DNA of 64,000 nucleotides from an uncultured delta proteobacterium (GCA_963842085.1 CAWJET010000001.1:160001-224000); one strand, 5' to 3'; counted from the stretch's first letter, positions 51,723 to 61,974 are shown. The notes: generated from the sequence alone by a model not told the origin. Numbers and translations are program-made.

Positions 51723-52736
51723 ATGCAGTACTCAAAACTTGGCAAGACCGGAATCACCGTCTCGCGCATCTGCCTCGGATGCATGAGCTACGGCGACAAG
51801 AAATGGCGCGACTGGGTGCTGACGATGGACGAGGCGCGCGATCACTTCGCCGCCGCCGTCGAGTCGGGCATCAACTTCTTCGACACGGCCAACGTCTATT
51901 CAGTCGGCGCGAGTGAGGAGGTCACCGGACGATGGCTCGGCGAGATGGCGAAGCGCGATGAGATCGTCGTCGCGAGCAAGGTGCACGGCCCGATGGCGTC
52001 GGGTCTCAATCGCGCGGGCCTCAGCCGCAAAAATATCCTCGAAGCGTGCGACGCGTCGCTGCGCCGCCTCAAGATGGATTTCATCGACCTCTACCAAATC
52101 CATCGATGGGACTACACGACGCCGATCGAGGAAACGCTCGAGGCGCTCGACTCGCTGGTGCGCGCGGGCAAGGTGCGCTACCTCGGTGCGAGCTCGATGG
52201 CCGCGTGGCAATTCGCCAAGGCGCTCGCGCTCCAGAAAGAAAACGGATGGCATCGGTTCATCTCGATGCAAAACCATTACAACCTCGTCTATCGCGAGGA
52301 GGAGCGCGAGATGAATCCGCTCTGCATCGACAACGGCGTCGGGCTGATTCCATGGAGCCCGCTCGCGCGCGGGTTCCTGGCGGGCAATCGCGACAAGGGC
52401 GGCAGCGGTCCGACCGCGCGCGCCAAGACCGACGACTTCGCCAAGAACATGTACTTCCGCGAATACGACTTCGAGGTGCTGAGCGTCGTCGAGCAGATCG
52501 CCAAAGAGCGCGCCGTCACGCCGTCGCAGATCGCGTGCGCGTGGATCCTGCAGGCGCCGGGCGTCACCGCACCGATCATCGGCGCAACCAAGCTCGCGCA
52601 TCTCAAGGAGGCAATCGCAGCGGTCGATGTGAAGCTCACCGCGGACGAAGTCGCGGCGCTCGAGAAGCCGTACCGGCCGCATCCGATTCTCGGCCACGAA
52701 CAGCCACGGCCGGCGCGGATGATCGCGGCCCGCTGA
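51723..52736 (+). CDS. Aldo/keto reductase
   Basis: CLGCMSYG, FDTANVYS, DLYQIHRWD, QNHYNL and WSPLARG. Confidence 0.92.
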   Translation: MQYSKLGKTGITVSRICLGCMSYGDKKWRDWVLTMDEARDHFAAAVESGINFFDTANVYSVGASEEVTGRWLGEMAKRDEIVVASKVHGPMASGLNRAGLSRKNILEACDASLRRLKMDFIDLYQIHRWDYTTPIEETLEALDSLVRAGKVRYLGASSMAAWQFAKALALQKENGWHRFISMQNHYNLVYREEEREMNPLCIDNGVGLIPWSPLARGFLAGNRDKGGSGPTARAKTDDFAKNMYFREYDFEVLSVVEQIAKERAVTPSQIACAWILQAPGVTAPIIGATKLAHLKEAIAAVDVKLTADEVAALEKPYRPHPILGHEQPRPARMIAAR

Positions 52737-52812
52737 GCGCGCGAGAACCTCAAGTAACGCTTTAAGGTCCAAGGTTTTGGCGTGTTCGCCGTTCTTTCTC
52801 CTGAACTCTTGA

Positions 52813-52828
52813 TGTTCCACGTGAAACG
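52813..52828. promoter_or_regulatory. parS site (TGTTCCACGTGAAACG)
   Basis: 14/16 match to the TGTTTCACGTGAAACA consensus. Confidence 0.75.
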
Positions 52829-52878
52829 TTTTGCGGCAAAACTCGTTGATCGCCTTATGTTATTGCCGATTGCCACAA

Positions 52879-52894
52879 CGTTTCACGTGAAACA
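52879..52894. promoter_or_regulatory. parS site (CGTTTCACGTGAAACA)
   Basis: 15/16 match to the consensus. Confidence 0.85.
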
Positions 52895-52933
52895 CTGAAA
52901 CGCGTCTGCGGGCGTCGAAAATGGAGACGTGAA

Positions 52934-53347
52934 ATGGAAATCAACGGCGTCGCGCACGTGATGCTCACGGTCAGCAATTTCGAGGCGTGCTTTCCATTCT
53001 ACGAAAAGCTGCTCACCTATCTCGGACTCAAGCCTGTGATTCGCAGCGAGCAGACGCTGTACTGCGTGGGCGGCAGGACTGCGGTGGGAATAGTCAGATG
53101 CGATGACGCGCATCGCTCGGAGAAATTCCAGCAGCGGCGCGTCGGGCTGCATCACGTGTGCCTGCGCGCGCGCGAGCGGGGCGACGTCGATGAGATCTAT
53201 GGCTTCCTCAAAACGATCGGCGCCAAGATCGTGCATCCGCCGGAAGACGGCGCGTGGGCGCCGGGATACTACTCGGTGCTGTTCGAGGATCCCGACGGCA
53301 TCCGCCTCGAGGTCAATCACGTGCCGGGCAAGGGATTGCTGGCGTGA
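52934..53347 (+). CDS. VOC / glyoxalase family protein
   Basis: HVMLTVSN, GLHHVCLRA and FEDPDGIRLE. Confidence 0.88.
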   Translation: MEINGVAHVMLTVSNFEACFPFYEKLLTYLGLKPVIRSEQTLYCVGGRTAVGIVRCDDAHRSEKFQQRRVGLHHVCLRARERGDVDEIYGFLKTIGAKIVHPPEDGAWAPGYYSVLFEDPDGIRLEVNHVPGKGLLA

Positions 53348-53401
53348 TTTCGAAGACAAAGCTGGGCAGCTTAAGGGATAGCGGTTGAAGCACGCGGGGA
53401 G

Positions 53402-53440
53402 CCGGGATTCTTCGCTCCGCAGACTCCGCTCTGAATGACA
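53402..53440 (-). repeat. Repeat family A solo copy
   Basis: Reverse complement TGTCATTCAGAGCGGAGTCTGCGGAGCGAAGAATCCCGG, between convergent genes. Confidence 0.78.
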
Positions 53441-53450
53441 CAAGGAGGGA

Positions 53451-54161
53451 TCAGGAGCGGTCGAGCTTTGCGCGAAGGCGCGTTGCGAGGTCGGGGGCGG
53501 AGGTTTCGTGTTTGAAATATACGAAGATTTCTTCGGCGCCGCGCGCGAGGCGATCGAAATTCTTCACCCATTCATTGAGACCCGCGTCGTCGTAGGTTTC
53601 TTTGCGCAGGCGGACGTAGACGTAGGGCGCGGTTCGTTCCAGCGGCGAGGCGAGCTTTTCCGTTTCCGCGATACACAGCGCCGCACCGTTGTCGGCCAGC
53701 GCGTTCATCACCGACTGGTCGAACCAGCTTCGATTTCGGAATTCGAACGCGGCGCGAATCCTGCCCTTCAGAATCGCGAGGAAATCATTCAGCAGCGGAA
53801 GATCGATCTTCAAGTCGGGCGGAAGCTGGAACAGCGCGGGCGCGAGCCGCTCGCCCATGACCGAGGCGCGCTCGATGAACGTGTCGGTGGTTTCTTTGAC
53901 GTCGCGCAGCCTGGCGAAATGCGTGATGCGCTGCGGAGCCTTGAGCGCGAAGCGAAAAGTCGCAGGCGTGCGCGCGGCCCATCCTTCCAGCATCGCGGAC
54001 TTCGGCATCGCGCGGAAGGTGTAGTTGATCTCGACCGTCGGCATCCGCTCGGCGTAGTACTCGAGCATCCTGGCGCCGGGAAGTTTCTCCGGATAGAAAC
54101 CGCCGAGCCATTCCTTATACGAAAAGCCCGACGTACCGATCAGGATTTTCGCCTTGGCCAT
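53451..54161 (-). CDS. DUF72 domain protein
   Basis: IGTSGFSYKEW, VEINYTF, KAPQRITH, QLPP and FEFR. Confidence 0.9.
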   Translation of the reverse strand: MAKAKILIGTSGFSYKEWLGGFYPEKLPGARMLEYYAERMPTVEINYTFRAMPKSAMLEGWAARTPATFRFALKAPQRITHFARLRDVKETTDTFIERASVMGERLAPALFQLPPDLKIDLPLLNDFLAILKGRIRAAFEFRNRSWFDQSVMNALADNGAALCIAETEKLASPLERTAPYVYVRLRKETYDDAGLNEWVKNFDRLARGAEEIFVYFKHETSAPDLATRLRAKLDRS

Positions 54162-54193
54162 CGCAATTGCGCGGACGCCCGATGTCCCGTACT

Positions 54194-56761
54194 TCAACCC
54201 TTGAGCGTTGCCCGCAGAGTGTTGCCCTCGCGTTTCCGGAAGCCGACTGCGACGCCGAGACGCTCGAGGTGCTGATCGATTATCTTGCCGCCCAGCCGCA
54301 CGCGATGCTCGGCGAAGAACTTCTTGACCTCGTCCTCGCGATCGAGCAGCGCGACGACAGCCTCGCACATTCGTGGCAGCGCGTTGTCGGGGTATTTTTG
54401 AATCATCTCGTCCCAGTGCGCGCGCGCAAAGTCCCACGCTTCGTAGCGGCAGGCGGGGTTAAGCAGCAGCGAATGCATCAGGTACGGCGAATTCTGCGTC
54501 CGCACCTGGCCGTCGAGCGTCATCTCCATGGTTTTTTTCAGGAGATCGCGATCGCGGAAATTCGCGAGCGCGAACAGGAAGCGCTGCTCTTCCTGCGGCG
54601 TGCGCGGCGCTTTGAATTTGCGCTTGAACTCCTCGTAGCGCGCGGCGTCGCCCGAGTGCGCGAGGATGCTCACCAGCGCCGGTATCAGGTCGCGATCGGC
54701 GGAATCGGGATTGTCCTCGAAGCGCGAATACAGATCGCGCGCGCGCTTCTGGACTTCGGGATCGTCGCCGAGCGTGCCGAGTGCGCCAATCAGCGTGCCG
54801 CGCAACTGGCGCGTTAGCTCGCTCTCGCCGGGCTTTGGCTCCCAGCCGAGACGGGCGGCGGCGGGACCGACGATCTCGCGCACCGTAGCCGCGAGCGCGA
54901 ACCGGTCCGCGTCGGACGCAATCATGTCGAGGTATGCGAATGCGCCAATCAACGCGCGCCACACATTGATGTCGGTCTCGTCGGTAAATAACCGCGCCAT
55001 CTTGAGGAACTCGCTTAGCGGGCCGAGTCCAGCGACGGTCGCCGCCCAGGTATCGCTGACCAGTCCGAAACGTTCGATCGCGTGCAGCGCGCCGAGATTT
55101 TTTGTGAGCGACGCGAGCAGCGCAGGCGCGTAGTGCACGCGATAGAAGCCGTGGCCGCCCTCGTTGAGCAGCGCCCACTCGAGCTTGCCCGGGAGATCGA
55201 CGGTCGTCTCGCGAGCAGTGAGCAGCACCTTGTGCGTCGAGACGCCTTTATCGGTCTTCGCCCGAACCATCACGGGCACATGCCAAAGCTGATCGTTGTC
55301 CTCGACCAGATAGAAGAAGCGGCGCTGCGAGAGCTTGAGCCCGCGGCCGTCAGCCGACTGCGCCGCGTCGATGATCGGAAAACCGGGCTGGAAGATCCAC
55401 GAGTCCATCATCTTGCGCACGGGCTCGCGCGACGCCGCCTCGAGCGCGTCCCACAGGTCGCTGGTCTCGGTGTTGTTGAACTGATGCTGCTTCAGGTAGA
55501 GGCGGATGCCGTCGCGAAAAATGTCGGCGCTCAAAAACTGCTCGAGCATCCGCAGCACCGCGGCGCCCTTCTCGTAGGTCAGGATGTCGAACATCGCGCG
55601 GCAGTCTTCGGGACTGCGCACCGTGTATTCGATCGGGCGCGTGCTGCGCAGCCCATCGATCGCCATCGCAGCCGCGCGCGAGACGCTGAAACTCTCCCAT
55701 CGCTTCCATTCGGGCTTCCACGCATCGACCGCCAGCATTTCCATGAAGGTGGCGAACGCCTCGTTGAGCCAGATTCCGTTCCACCATCGCATAGTGACGA
55801 GATCGCCGAACCACATGTGCGCGTTCTCGTGCGAGACCACGTCGGCGACGCGCTCGAGCTCGGCGCGCGACGCCGATTTTTCGTCGGCGAGCAGCGCGGT
55901 CTCGCGAAACGTGATCGCGCCGAGGTTTTCCATCGCACCCGACGCGAAATCGGGAATCGCGATCAGGTCGAGCTTGTCACCGGGGTACTTGAGACCGTAG
56001 TAGTCGGCGAAATATTTGAGCGAGAACGCGCCGATCTGCCTGGCCCAGGTTGTCAGCGACTCTTTGCCGGGGACGTGGACGATTCTGAGCGGCGTCCCCG
56101 CATCGACCGGCGCCGTGGCGTCGAACTCGCCGACGATGAACGCGACCAGGTAGGTGGACATCGCGATCGTCTCCTTGAAGACGACCTCCTTCTTTCCGCC
56201 GGCCAGCTTTCGCTCGGCTTCCTGCCCGCCGTTCGAAATGGCCGCAAGGTGCTCCTCGACGACCAGCGTCACTTTGTAACTGGCCTTGAGCTCGGGCTCG
56301 TCCCAGCACGGAAACGCGCGGCGCGCGTCGGTGGATTCGAACTGCGTCGTCGCGGCGACGTGGGTCTTGCCGGCAGCGTCCTGATACTGGCTGCGATAAA
56401 AGCCGTGCAGCTTGTCATTCAGGATTCCGCGAAACGCAATCTTCAGCGTCCATTCGCCCGGCGAAAGTTTCTCGGCGAAGCGGAGATGCCCGCGTTCCTT
56501 GGCCGGCTCCAGCTCAGCCTTTGCGGCGAGAGATTTTCCGCCGCGTTCCGCGCTCACCTTGTCGATTTCCAGCTCGAGCGCGTTCAGCACGACATCGTCA
56601 GTCGCCTGGTTGATGACGACGGCGATATTCACTTCGCCTTGAAACGTGAACGCCTTGAGATCCGGCGTCAGGCGAAGGTCGTAGCGCCTGGGTGTGACGG
56701 TTTTCGGCAGGCGATAGTCCTGCGTGGTATCGGCGAGGGGAGTTCCATCCTGATCGCGCAT
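54194..56761 (-). CDS. pepN: M1 family aminopeptidase (PepN / puromycin-sensitive-like)
   Basis: GAMEN, HENAHMWFG...NEAFA, YEKG and an ERAP1-like C-terminus. Confidence 0.92.
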   Translation of the reverse strand: MRDQDGTPLADTTQDYRLPKTVTPRRYDLRLTPDLKAFTFQGEVNIAVVINQATDDVVLNALELEIDKVSAERGGKSLAAKAELEPAKERGHLRFAEKLSPGEWTLKIAFRGILNDKLHGFYRSQYQDAAGKTHVAATTQFESTDARRAFPCWDEPELKASYKVTLVVEEHLAAISNGGQEAERKLAGGKKEVVFKETIAMSTYLVAFIVGEFDATAPVDAGTPLRIVHVPGKESLTTWARQIGAFSLKYFADYYGLKYPGDKLDLIAIPDFASGAMENLGAITFRETALLADEKSASRAELERVADVVSHENAHMWFGDLVTMRWWNGIWLNEAFATFMEMLAVDAWKPEWKRWESFSVSRAAAMAIDGLRSTRPIEYTVRSPEDCRAMFDILTYEKGAAVLRMLEQFLSADIFRDGIRLYLKQHQFNNTETSDLWDALEAASREPVRKMMDSWIFQPGFPIIDAAQSADGRGLKLSQRRFFYLVEDNDQLWHVPVMVRAKTDKGVSTHKVLLTARETTVDLPGKLEWALLNEGGHGFYRVHYAPALLASLTKNLGALHAIERFGLVSDTWAATVAGLGPLSEFLKMARLFTDETDINVWRALIGAFAYLDMIASDADRFALAATVREIVGPAAARLGWEPKPGESELTRQLRGTLIGALGTLGDDPEVQKRARDLYSRFEDNPDSADRDLIPALVSILAHSGDAARYEEFKRKFKAPRTPQEEQRFLFALANFRDRDLLKKTMEMTLDGQVRTQNSPYLMHSLLLNPACRYEAWDFARAHWDEMIQKYPDNALPRMCEAVVALLDREDEVKKFFAEHRVRLGGKIIDQHLERLGVAVGFRKREGNTLRATLKG

Positions 56762-56813
56762 CGGTCTCTATTCCTTATAATACATGCGTCGAGTTCGAGT
56801 CGTGGAAACTAGC

Positions 56814-56831
56814 GCGGGGCGCGCGCCCCGC
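56814..56831. other. 18-bp perfect GC palindrome GCGGGGCGCGCGCCCCGC
   Basis: Self-complementary, intergenic between the GNAT gene and pepN. Possible terminator or stabiliser. Confidence 0.4.
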
Positions 56832-56872
56832 AATCGCCAGCCTAGTTCAAACCGGGTCGGTGCGCGAGCAAT

Positions 56873-57388
56873 TTATTCGCCGGCGAGCCGCAGCGGGCGC
56901 TCCATCCACACCACGTCCCAGTAGCGGCCGAGCTTGCGGCCGCATTCGCTGAAGACGCCGACGTCGGCGAAGCCGAACTTGCGATGCAGCCTGATCGACG
57001 CCTGGTTGGGAAGCGTGATCCCGGCCAGCAGCCGATTGATGTCCTCATTCTTGAGCGCGTCGAACAACGCCCGATACAGCATCGCCCCGATTCCGCGCCC
57101 AGTCGCATCATGCGCGCAGTAGACGGACGTCTCGGTGCTCGTGTCGTATGCTGCCTTGTCGCGAAACGGCCCGGTGCAGGCATAGCCGACGACCCGGCCG
57201 GCGTCTTCGGCGACGAACATGCGATGGCGCTTGATGCCGGCATGTTCATCGAACCATCGCGCGCGCTGCTCAACCGTCATCGGCTCGAGGTCGAACGTGA
57301 TGGGCGTGTTGACGATGTAGTAGTTGTAGATTTCCGTCAGGCGCGGCAGGTCGCCGCGCACCGCAGGCCGAATCTTTACCTCCGCCAT
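56873..57388 (-). CDS. GNAT N-acetyltransferase (phosphinothricin acetyltransferase-like)
   Basis: IYNYYIVNTPITFD, GRGIGAMLY and NQASIRLHRKFGF. Confidence 0.88.
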   Translation of the reverse strand: MAEVKIRPAVRGDLPRLTEIYNYYIVNTPITFDLEPMTVEQRARWFDEHAGIKRHRMFVAEDAGRVVGYACTGPFRDKAAYDTSTETSVYCAHDATGRGIGAMLYRALFDALKNEDINRLLAGITLPNQASIRLHRKFGFADVGVFSECGRKLGRYWDVVWMERPLRLAGE

Positions 57389-57452
57389 GAAGCCGGTCTC
57401 CTGGTGAGAAGGTTTCGCTAGAGTCACAGGCAACGCCGGATGCAGAGTTGAA

Positions 57453-58313
57453 TCAAGCGGCCAGTCTGCTCTTCGCAAGATCGGCGAAGGTGATCAGTTC
57501 GATTCCATTTCGAACGAGCGCGTCGCGCACCCGCGGGCTGGTGAGAATCTCGACTTCGAGTTGCGCCTCGGCGGCGGGCGGGACTCCGCCGATGTCGGCC
57601 GCCGGATGGAAATAGAGTTCAGTCGTGCCGTCGCGGATTCGGTCGAGCACGCCCACGACGTAGTCCTCGCTCAAATGTCCGCTCTGATGAAGTCCGAACA
57701 GCGCGTCGGTCGAGGCGAGGCCGCGGGCTGCCATCAGGCGGGCGGTTCGGCGTGACAGGGTGCGAAAAATGATCGACTCGACGAGCTTGCGCGGCGCGTG
57801 GTCGCGGCGCAGCCGGAGCGTCGTCATCACGCGCTCGCGCGGGAGCCGGATAAACGGCACTTTGTATTCGACGGCGAGGTCAACCAGAATATCGGCGAAC
57901 AACGGATGGACGTGGAAATTCAAGTGGCCGTCGATATGATTGAGGCAGCCGACGAGCTCGAGATGCCGCTCGACTTGCGCCCGCAATTCGTCGGTCATCG
58001 CGGCGCGCATCGAGCGGTCGAAGAAATAGCGCATGCCGGCGGCGACCGGATTGTCGATGAACTCGCCGGACGCTCCCACTGCGGCGCCGAGCCGCGCGGC
58101 GTCGAGCAGACTGCGTCCGCGGCAGACGACGACGTGCAGGCCAACGTCGAGGTCGGGAATTTCGCGCGCGCTTTCGGCCGCGGCGCGCGCGGCGGGCTCC
58201 GCGACCATCAGGCTCGCGCTGCGCAAGATGCCGTCGCGACGCGCCCGCACGACGCCGGCGTTGACCTCGGGCGACAAGCCGAAATCGTCGGCGTTAACGA
58301 TCAGGCGCTTCAA
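57453..58313 (-). CDS. hpnK: HpnK/ChbG (YdjC) deacetylase, hopanoid-associated
   Basis: IVNADDFG, VGLH, HIDGHLNFHVHP and ELYFHP, next to hpn genes. Confidence 0.82.
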   Translation of the reverse strand: MKRLIVNADDFGLSPEVNAGVVRARRDGILRSASLMVAEPAARAAAESAREIPDLDVGLHVVVCRGRSLLDAARLGAAVGASGEFIDNPVAAGMRYFFDRSMRAAMTDELRAQVERHLELVGCLNHIDGHLNFHVHPLFADILVDLAVEYKVPFIRLPRERVMTTLRLRRDHAPRKLVESIIFRTLSRRTARLMAARGLASTDALFGLHQSGHLSEDYVVGVLDRIRDGTTELYFHPAADIGGVPPAAEAQLEVEILTSPRVRDALVRNGIELITFADLAKSRLAA

Positions 58314-58413
58314 ACTGCGGCACCGCGACAAGCGAAAAACACCGGGACGATTTTGCTAGCATCGCACGGTTCGCTCAAGCGTCCGCTGCGACCTCCGAAA
58401 TGAGAACGCGCGA

Positions 58414-59217
58414 ATGATTCTGCTCTTTTACGCCTTCGCGCGCGAGATCGCGCCTTTCAAGCGGCGCCTGCGCAATCGCGCTCCGCTCGCTCTCGACGGC
58501 TTGCATGGCTTCCGCGCGGAGATCGGCGGCAAGGAGTTCGCGGTGGTTGGCCACGGAATCGGGCACAAACGCGCAACCGATACCGCGCGCCGGGCGCTCG
58601 ATCTGATCCCCGGGGCGGAGCTCGTAATCGGGACCGGCGTCGCCGGCGCGCTTTCGAGCGGATTGAAGCCGGGCGACCTCGTCCTCTCGGACCGCGTACT
58701 GATCATTCATGCCGACGGCCGGATGGCAGAACACGTGACCGCGATGGGCGACGCGCACCTGCGTGCGGTCGGCCGCTCGCTTGCGCGCGCGGGTCTCGCG
58801 TACTCGACTGGCGCAATTTTGACTTCGCATCGCGTACTCGCTACCGGCGCCGAGAAACGGCGCGCCAAGGAAAGCACCGGTGCGATCGCCGTTGACATGG
58901 AAACCGCCGCGATCGCCGCAGAAGCCGGCGTGCGCGGTCTCCCGTTCCTGGCGATTCGGGCCGTGCTCGACGAAGTTGACGACGAAGTAGTGGGGGCGGC
59001 ATTGGCCGACGAGGCCGGCAACGTACGGCCGCTCGCGGCGACGTCCTACCTGCTGCGGAATCCGGCGACGATGCTCAAGCTGCCGCGGATGATTCGAAAC
59101 CTCTCGCGCGCAACCGCCGCGATCGCCGACGCGCTGACGGCTATCGCGCACGAGGGTCAAGTTCCTGCTGCTACGAAGCGCGCTCTCGCGTCGGCGCCGC
59201 GAAAGCGCCCGCGCTGA
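58414..59217 (+). CDS. hpnG: Nucleoside phosphorylase-fold protein, HpnG-like
   Basis: GVAGAL, AVDMETAA and IRAVLD, in hopanoid context. Confidence 0.7.
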   Translation: MILLFYAFAREIAPFKRRLRNRAPLALDGLHGFRAEIGGKEFAVVGHGIGHKRATDTARRALDLIPGAELVIGTGVAGALSSGLKPGDLVLSDRVLIIHADGRMAEHVTAMGDAHLRAVGRSLARAGLAYSTGAILTSHRVLATGAEKRRAKESTGAIAVDMETAAIAAEAGVRGLPFLAIRAVLDEVDDEVVGAALADEAGNVRPLAATSYLLRNPATMLKLPRMIRNLSRATAAIADALTAIAHEGQVPAATKRALASAPRKRPR

Positions 59218-59968
59218 AGCCGCCGTCAATCGGCACGGCGACGCCGGTGATGAACCCCGCCTCGTCCGACGCGAGGAACGCCGCCAGCGCGCCCACCTCT
59301 TCCGGTTTGCCGTTGCGCCCGAGCGGATGCATGTCACCGGTGCGCTCCCAAACCAGCCGGGACGCGCCGGCTGGAACCGTGTTGCAATTCTCGGCGATCG
59401 GCGTTTCGATCACGCCGGGGCAGATCGACACGCATCGAATCTGGTGGCGCGCGAAGTCGAGCGCGATTCCCTTCGACATGATCACGACACCGCCCTTGGC
59501 CGCCTGGTAGGCGCCAAGATTGGGCACGCCCTCGATGCCGGCGCCGCTGGCGGTGTTAATGATCACGCCGCCGCCCTGCTTGATCATTTGCGGGATCGCG
59601 TACTTGCAGCCGAAGAACACGCCCTTCAGGCAAACATCGACGACCCAGTCCCATTCCTCCTCGCTCGTGTCCACCACGTTTTTCGGCACGAAGACGCCGG
59701 CGTTGTTGAACAGGATGTCGAGCCGGCCGAACGCGCGGATCGTTTCGTTGACCATGCGTTCGACTTCGGCGCCGATGCGCACGTCCACCGACACGGATTT
59801 CGCGATGCCGCCGGCTTTTTCGATCTCGGCCGCCGTATTGCTCGCCGACCCGGAGCGCACATCGGCGACCATCACCTTCGCGCCTTCATGCGCGAACCGA
59901 ATCGCGCTCGCGCGGCCGATTCCCGAACCCCCGCCCGTGATCAATGCAACTTTGTCCTTGAGCAGCAT
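59171..59968 (-). CDS. SDR family oxidoreductase
   Basis: TGGGSGIG, FNNAG and YQAAK. GGAGG RBS. Confidence 0.9.
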   Translation of the reverse strand: MLLKDKVALITGGGSGIGRASAIRFAHEGAKVMVADVRSGSASNTAAEIEKAGGIAKSVSVDVRIGAEVERMVNETIRAFGRLDILFNNAGVFVPKNVVDTSEEEWDWVVDVCLKGVFFGCKYAIPQMIKQGGGVIINTASGAGIEGVPNLGAYQAAKGGVVIMSKGIALDFARHQIRCVSICPGVIETPIAENCNTVPAGASRLVWERTGDMHPLGRNGKPEEVGALAAFLASDEAGFITGVAVPIDGGFSAGAFAAPTRERAS

Positions 59969-60046
59969 GCTGGTCACCTCCGCCGGCTTCGTCGTGGCTC
60001 GACGACCGACGCTTGCCACAGTTGGCGAGAATTTGGAAGCGTGGCG

Positions 60047-60946
60047 CTACGCGGTGGCGCGGCGCGGCGCCCGACCGTGCGCGCTCGCCGGCTTCCAGAC
60101 GGGAAGAGCGCGTTCATAGGGAAAGTCCGCGAGATGGCGCTCGACCGCCGCGTCGTCACCCCGGGATTCGCGGCGGGTCAGAATATGAATCGCCAGGACG
60201 GTGAACGGCAAGTAGATAAAGACGGCAGCCCATCCAATATTCGCCGCATCGATTCGGAACAGCATCGTGATTCCGAAGATCACTATCCCCGCGTAGAGCG
60301 CCGGACCGAGGAGCGCGCGCGAGGGCATCGCGGGAATCGAGCCGGCCGGTTTCGCCGAGCCGCGATTGAGCGTCGCGTCGAGCCACTGGAAAATCGCAAT
60401 CGTGATCGCGGCGACGAAATACCATCCAAGATAGTTGCTGATCGGCACGCCGAAGTGCGGCCCCGGCGGGTCGTACCAGAAAATTTTGCCGAGGAACCAT
60501 CGGTCGCCGAGCACGCTCAACGGATCGACGACCATATCCACCATCACCATGAACAGCGCCGCCGTCAGCCACACCCGCGGTGCGCGGCGAATCTCCCAAG
60601 TGTCGAGAATCCGGAAGTCAGCGCCACGCCGATAGAGCGGCGAACTGAGCAGCAGCGCCACCGTGTAGCTGGCGAAAGCGAGGAACGTGAACGACAGCGA
60701 ATCGATGAACGGAACGCCGAATACCCAGAGCTCACGCCCACGCGTCGCGTCAATGTAATGATACAGCCCAAACGGGAATCCGTTGTGGACCGACGACCAC
60801 TCGCACGCGAGCGACACGGCGTAGGTCAGCACCGTGAACAGCAGCGTCGTGCGCAGGCCGAAGTTTACAATCGCGATGAACAGAAAACTCGCCAGGAAGA
60901 TGAAAACGTACGGGCGCAGGGCGATCGTGGACAGCAGCAGATGCAT
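60047..60946 (-). CDS. CruF-like (DUF422) carotenoid biosynthesis membrane protein
   Basis: GFPFGLYHY, GVP, DMVVDP and FGVPISNYLGW. Confidence 0.8.
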   Translation of the reverse strand: MHLLLSTIALRPYVFIFLASFLFIAIVNFGLRTTLLFTVLTYAVSLACEWSSVHNGFPFGLYHYIDATRGRELWVFGVPFIDSLSFTFLAFASYTVALLLSSPLYRRGADFRILDTWEIRRAPRVWLTAALFMVMVDMVVDPLSVLGDRWFLGKIFWYDPPGPHFGVPISNYLGWYFVAAITIAIFQWLDATLNRGSAKPAGSIPAMPSRALLGPALYAGIVIFGITMLFRIDAANIGWAAVFIYLPFTVLAIHILTRRESRGDDAAVERHLADFPYERALPVWKPASAHGRAPRRATA

Positions 60947-60954
60947 CGCTTTGC

Positions 60955-61959
60955 CTACGCGGCGCTCTTCGCCGTCCCTCTGGATCTGAAAAATTCTATC
61001 GCCGCCGCGATCGCGCCGTCGATCGGCCCGGGCGAATAGCCCAGCTCAGCGCGCGCCTTTGAGGAGTCGAAGAACATCCGCTTTCGCGCCATCCGCACCT
61101 CGGTCAAGCTGGCCCGCGGCGCCCGGCGCGTAACGGTGCGCGCAAACGCTTCCGCGCCCAGCGCGTAGCCGAGCGCGACGGCGTACGGAATTCTCATCGT
61201 CGGCGCACGCAGCCCGGAGATCGCCGCGAGCCGTCCGAGAAATTCCTTGAGCGTGAGATTTTCGCCGCCGAGAATGTATTTCTCGCCAACTCTACCGCGC
61301 TCGGCCGCCAGCAGATGGCCGTGTGCGACACTTTCGACGTCGACGATATTGAGCCCCGTCTCCACGTACGCCGGCATCCGCCGATTCAAAAAGTCCACGA
61401 TGATTCGGCCGGTGGGAGTCGGCTTGAAGTCGAACGCGCCAATCGGCGTCGATGGATTCACGATCACAACCGGTGCGCCCGCGCGCGCGGCTTCCAGCGC
61501 GGCCTGCTCCGCCATGAACTTCGATCGCTTGTAATGACCCGGCATGTCGGCGAGCGACGACGGCGTATCCTCGCGCCCCACACCACCGTGTGGAATCCCC
61601 AGCGCCCCCACGGTGCTGGTGTAAACGATTCGTGCAACACCCGCGGCAGCGGCTGCCCGGATCACATACTGCGTGCCCGCGACGTTGGTCGCATACATCG
61701 GCGCCGCGTCCGTCAGCCACAGCCGGTAGTCGGCGGCGACGTGATAAACCTCGTTGCATCCCGTCACCGCGCGAGCGACCGAATCGAAGTATCTAAGATC
61801 GCCGCGCACAATCTCAACCGGCAGACCTACGAGCGCACTCAAATCCGCATTCTCGCGCGCCAGCACTCGAACACGATCGCCGCGTGCAATGAGCGCGCGC
61901 ACGACGTGGCATCCCACGAATCCGTTGCCGCCTGTTACCAGCGCTAACTTGGTAGTCAT
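60955..61959 (-). CDS. hpnA: Hopanoid-associated sugar epimerase
   Basis: HVAADYRLW, YKRSK and NPSTPIG..DFKPTPTG. Confidence 0.9.
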   Translation of the reverse strand: MTTKLALVTGGNGFVGCHVVRALIARGDRVRVLARENADLSALVGLPVEIVRGDLRYFDSVARAVTGCNEVYHVAADYRLWLTDAAPMYATNVAGTQYVIRAAAAAGVARIVYTSTVGALGIPHGGVGREDTPSSLADMPGHYKRSKFMAEQAALEAARAGAPVVIVNPSTPIGAFDFKPTPTGRIIVDFLNRRMPAYVETGLNIVDVESVAHGHLLAAERGRVGEKYILGGENLTLKEFLGRLAAISGLRAPTMRIPYAVALGYALGAEAFARTVTRRAPRASLTEVRMARKRMFFDSSKARAELGYSPGPIDGAIAAAIEFFRSRGTAKSAA

Positions 61960-61974
61960 TCGATTAGTCAGTAG

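Noticed and set aside
59171-59217. 47-nt convergent overlap between the hpnG-like gene and the SDR
   Set aside because: It involves only low-complexity C-terminal tails, which is common in GC-rich genomes.
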